A stretch of DNA of 64,000 bases from Mobula hypostoma (taxonomy: Eukaryota), in NCBI RefSeq assembly GCF_963921235.1, contig NC_086117.1:24428001-24492000 (forward strand). The letters run 5' to 3'. Positions within the stretch are counted from its first letter, which is position 1. Each line of letters begins with the position of its first letter. The position numbers and the translations under genes were made by a program. The notes beneath the pieces are model-generated. The model saw nothing but the letters and a program-made list of their open reading frames with translations, ran no database searches and had not been told where the DNA came from. This document shows positions 62,205-64,000 of this stretch, piece by piece.

Positions 62205-64000
62205 TCACAATGGAATAAAAGGAATTACAGAGGCATGGGAGGAGTTTGCCCAGTTGGATTGGAGGAGAACATTGGCAGGGATGATGGCACAACAGAGGTG
62301 GCTGAAGTTTCTGGAAATTGTTCACAAGGCGCAGGATAGATATGTCCCACAGAGGAAGAAGTTCTCAAACAGCAGGGGCAGGCAACTGTGGCTAACAAAG
62401 GAAGTTAAGGACTGCATAAAAGCCAAGGAAAGGGCATATAAAGTAGCAAATGTGAGTGGGAAGTTGGATGATTGGGAAGCTTTTAAAATGCAACAAAAGG
62501 CAACTAAAAAAGCTATAAGAAGGGAAAAGATGAAATATGAGGGCAGACTAGTCTACAATATAAAGCAGGATACCAAAAGTTTACTTCAGTTATATAAAGA
62601 GTAAAAGGGAGGTGAGAGCTGATATTGGACCGCTGGAAAATGATGCTGATGAGGTAGTAATGGGGGACAAAGAAATGGCAGATGTACTTTGCATCTGTCT
62701 TCACTGTGGAAGACACTAGCACTGTGCCAGAGGTCTGTGAGTGTCAGGGAGCAGGAGTGAGTGCCATTGCTATTACAAAGGAAAAAGTACTAGGCAAACT
62801 GGAAGGTCTTAAGGTGGATAAGTCACCTTGACCAGATGGATGACATCCCAGAGTACTGAGAGAAGTTGCTGAAGTGATAACGGAGGCATTGGTCATGATC
62901 TTTCAAGAATCACTTGATTCTGGCATGATCCCGGAGGACTGGAAGATTGCAAATGTGACTCCACTCCTTAGGAAGGGAGGAAGTCAAAACAAAAAGGAAA
63001 TTATAGGCAAGTTAGCCTAACCTCAGTGGTTAGAAAAGTGTTGGAGTCCATTATTAAGGATGAGGTTTCAGGGTACTTGGAGAAAAATGATAAAATAAGT
63101 CAAAGTTAGCATGGTTTCTGTCAAGGGAAATCTTGCCTGACAAATCAGTTGGAGTTCTTCAAGGAAGTAACAAGCAGAGTGGACAAGGGAGAGGCAGTGG
63201 ATGTCTTTTACTTGGATTTTCAGAAGGCGTTTGATAAGGTGCCACACATGAGGCTGCATAACAAGATGAAGTCCTATGACGTCACGGGAAAGATACTGAT
63301 GTGGGTAGCAGAATGGCTGACAGGCAGGAGGCAGCAACTGGGAATAAAAGGGGCTTTTTCTGGTTGGCTGCCAGTGACTAGTGGTGTTCCTCAGGGGTCA
63401 GTATTGGGACCGCTACTTTTTACATTGTTTGTCAATCAGTTGGATAATGGAATTGATGGCTTTGTGGCAAAGTTTGCGGATGATACAAAGATAGGTGGAG
63501 GGGTAGGTAGTGCTGAGGAAGCAATGTGTTTGTAGCAGGACTTCAGACAAATTGGAAGAATGGGCAAAAAAGTGGCAGTTGGAATATAGTGTTGGGAAAT
63601 GTATGATAATGCATCTTGGTAAAAGGAACAATAGTGCAGACTATTATCTAAATGGGGAGAAGGTTCAAACACCAGAGGTGCAGAGGGTCTTAGGAGTCCT
63701 CATACAAGACTCCCAGAAGGTTAACTTACAGGTTGAATCTGTGGTAAAGAAGGTAAATGGAATATTGGCATTTATTTCAAGGGGGATAGAATATAAAAGC
63801 AAGGAGATAATGCTGAGGCTTTATAAGACACCAGTCAGGCCGCACTTAGAGTATTGGCAACAGTTTTGGGTCCCATATCTCAGAAAGGATGTGTGTTGTC
63901 ATTGGAGAGAGTCCAGAGGAGGTTCACGAGGATTAACATCATGAGGCTAAAGGGCTAACATATAAGGAGCATTTGATAGCTCTGGGACTGTATGGGATTT
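62205..64000 (+). mobile_element. CR1 LINE ORF2 (linker and RT), degenerate, runs off the window end
   Basis: [42 protein letters not shown]; contains stops and frameshifts. Confidence 0.93.

Overview
Repeat-rich vertebrate genomic DNA, inferred from the repeat families to be a cartilaginous fish, probably a ray. It is not prokaryotic. The only host gene I can support is the 5' end of a laminin gamma chain on the minus strand, most likely LAMC3. Coding exon 1 (51971-51596, signal peptide plus first half of the LN domain) splices in phase across a ~47.2-kb GT-AG intron to exon 2 (4390-4086). Most of the rest is transposon debris: many CR1 LINEs, Rex1/Babar-type LINEs, two near full-length IR/DR Tc1 fossils plus Tc1 MITEs, tRNA-derived and V-type SINEs, a two-LTR Gypsy-type element lacking RT, a second Gypsy pol fragment, and many Penelope-like (PLE) pieces. 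The most interesting signal is in the PLE pieces. They carry minimal type-I hammerhead ribozyme motifs (AGTC-CTGAYGA-stem II-GAAAC-GTC-GACT) and often sit as fold-back hairpins with clean 11-16 bp target-site duplications. One hairpin folds back exactly at the predicted ribozyme cleavage site. PLE hammerheads are a known phenomenon, so I do not claim a wholly new system. Repeat boundaries were read by eye and are approximate unless a TSD, TIR or LTR edge is quoted.
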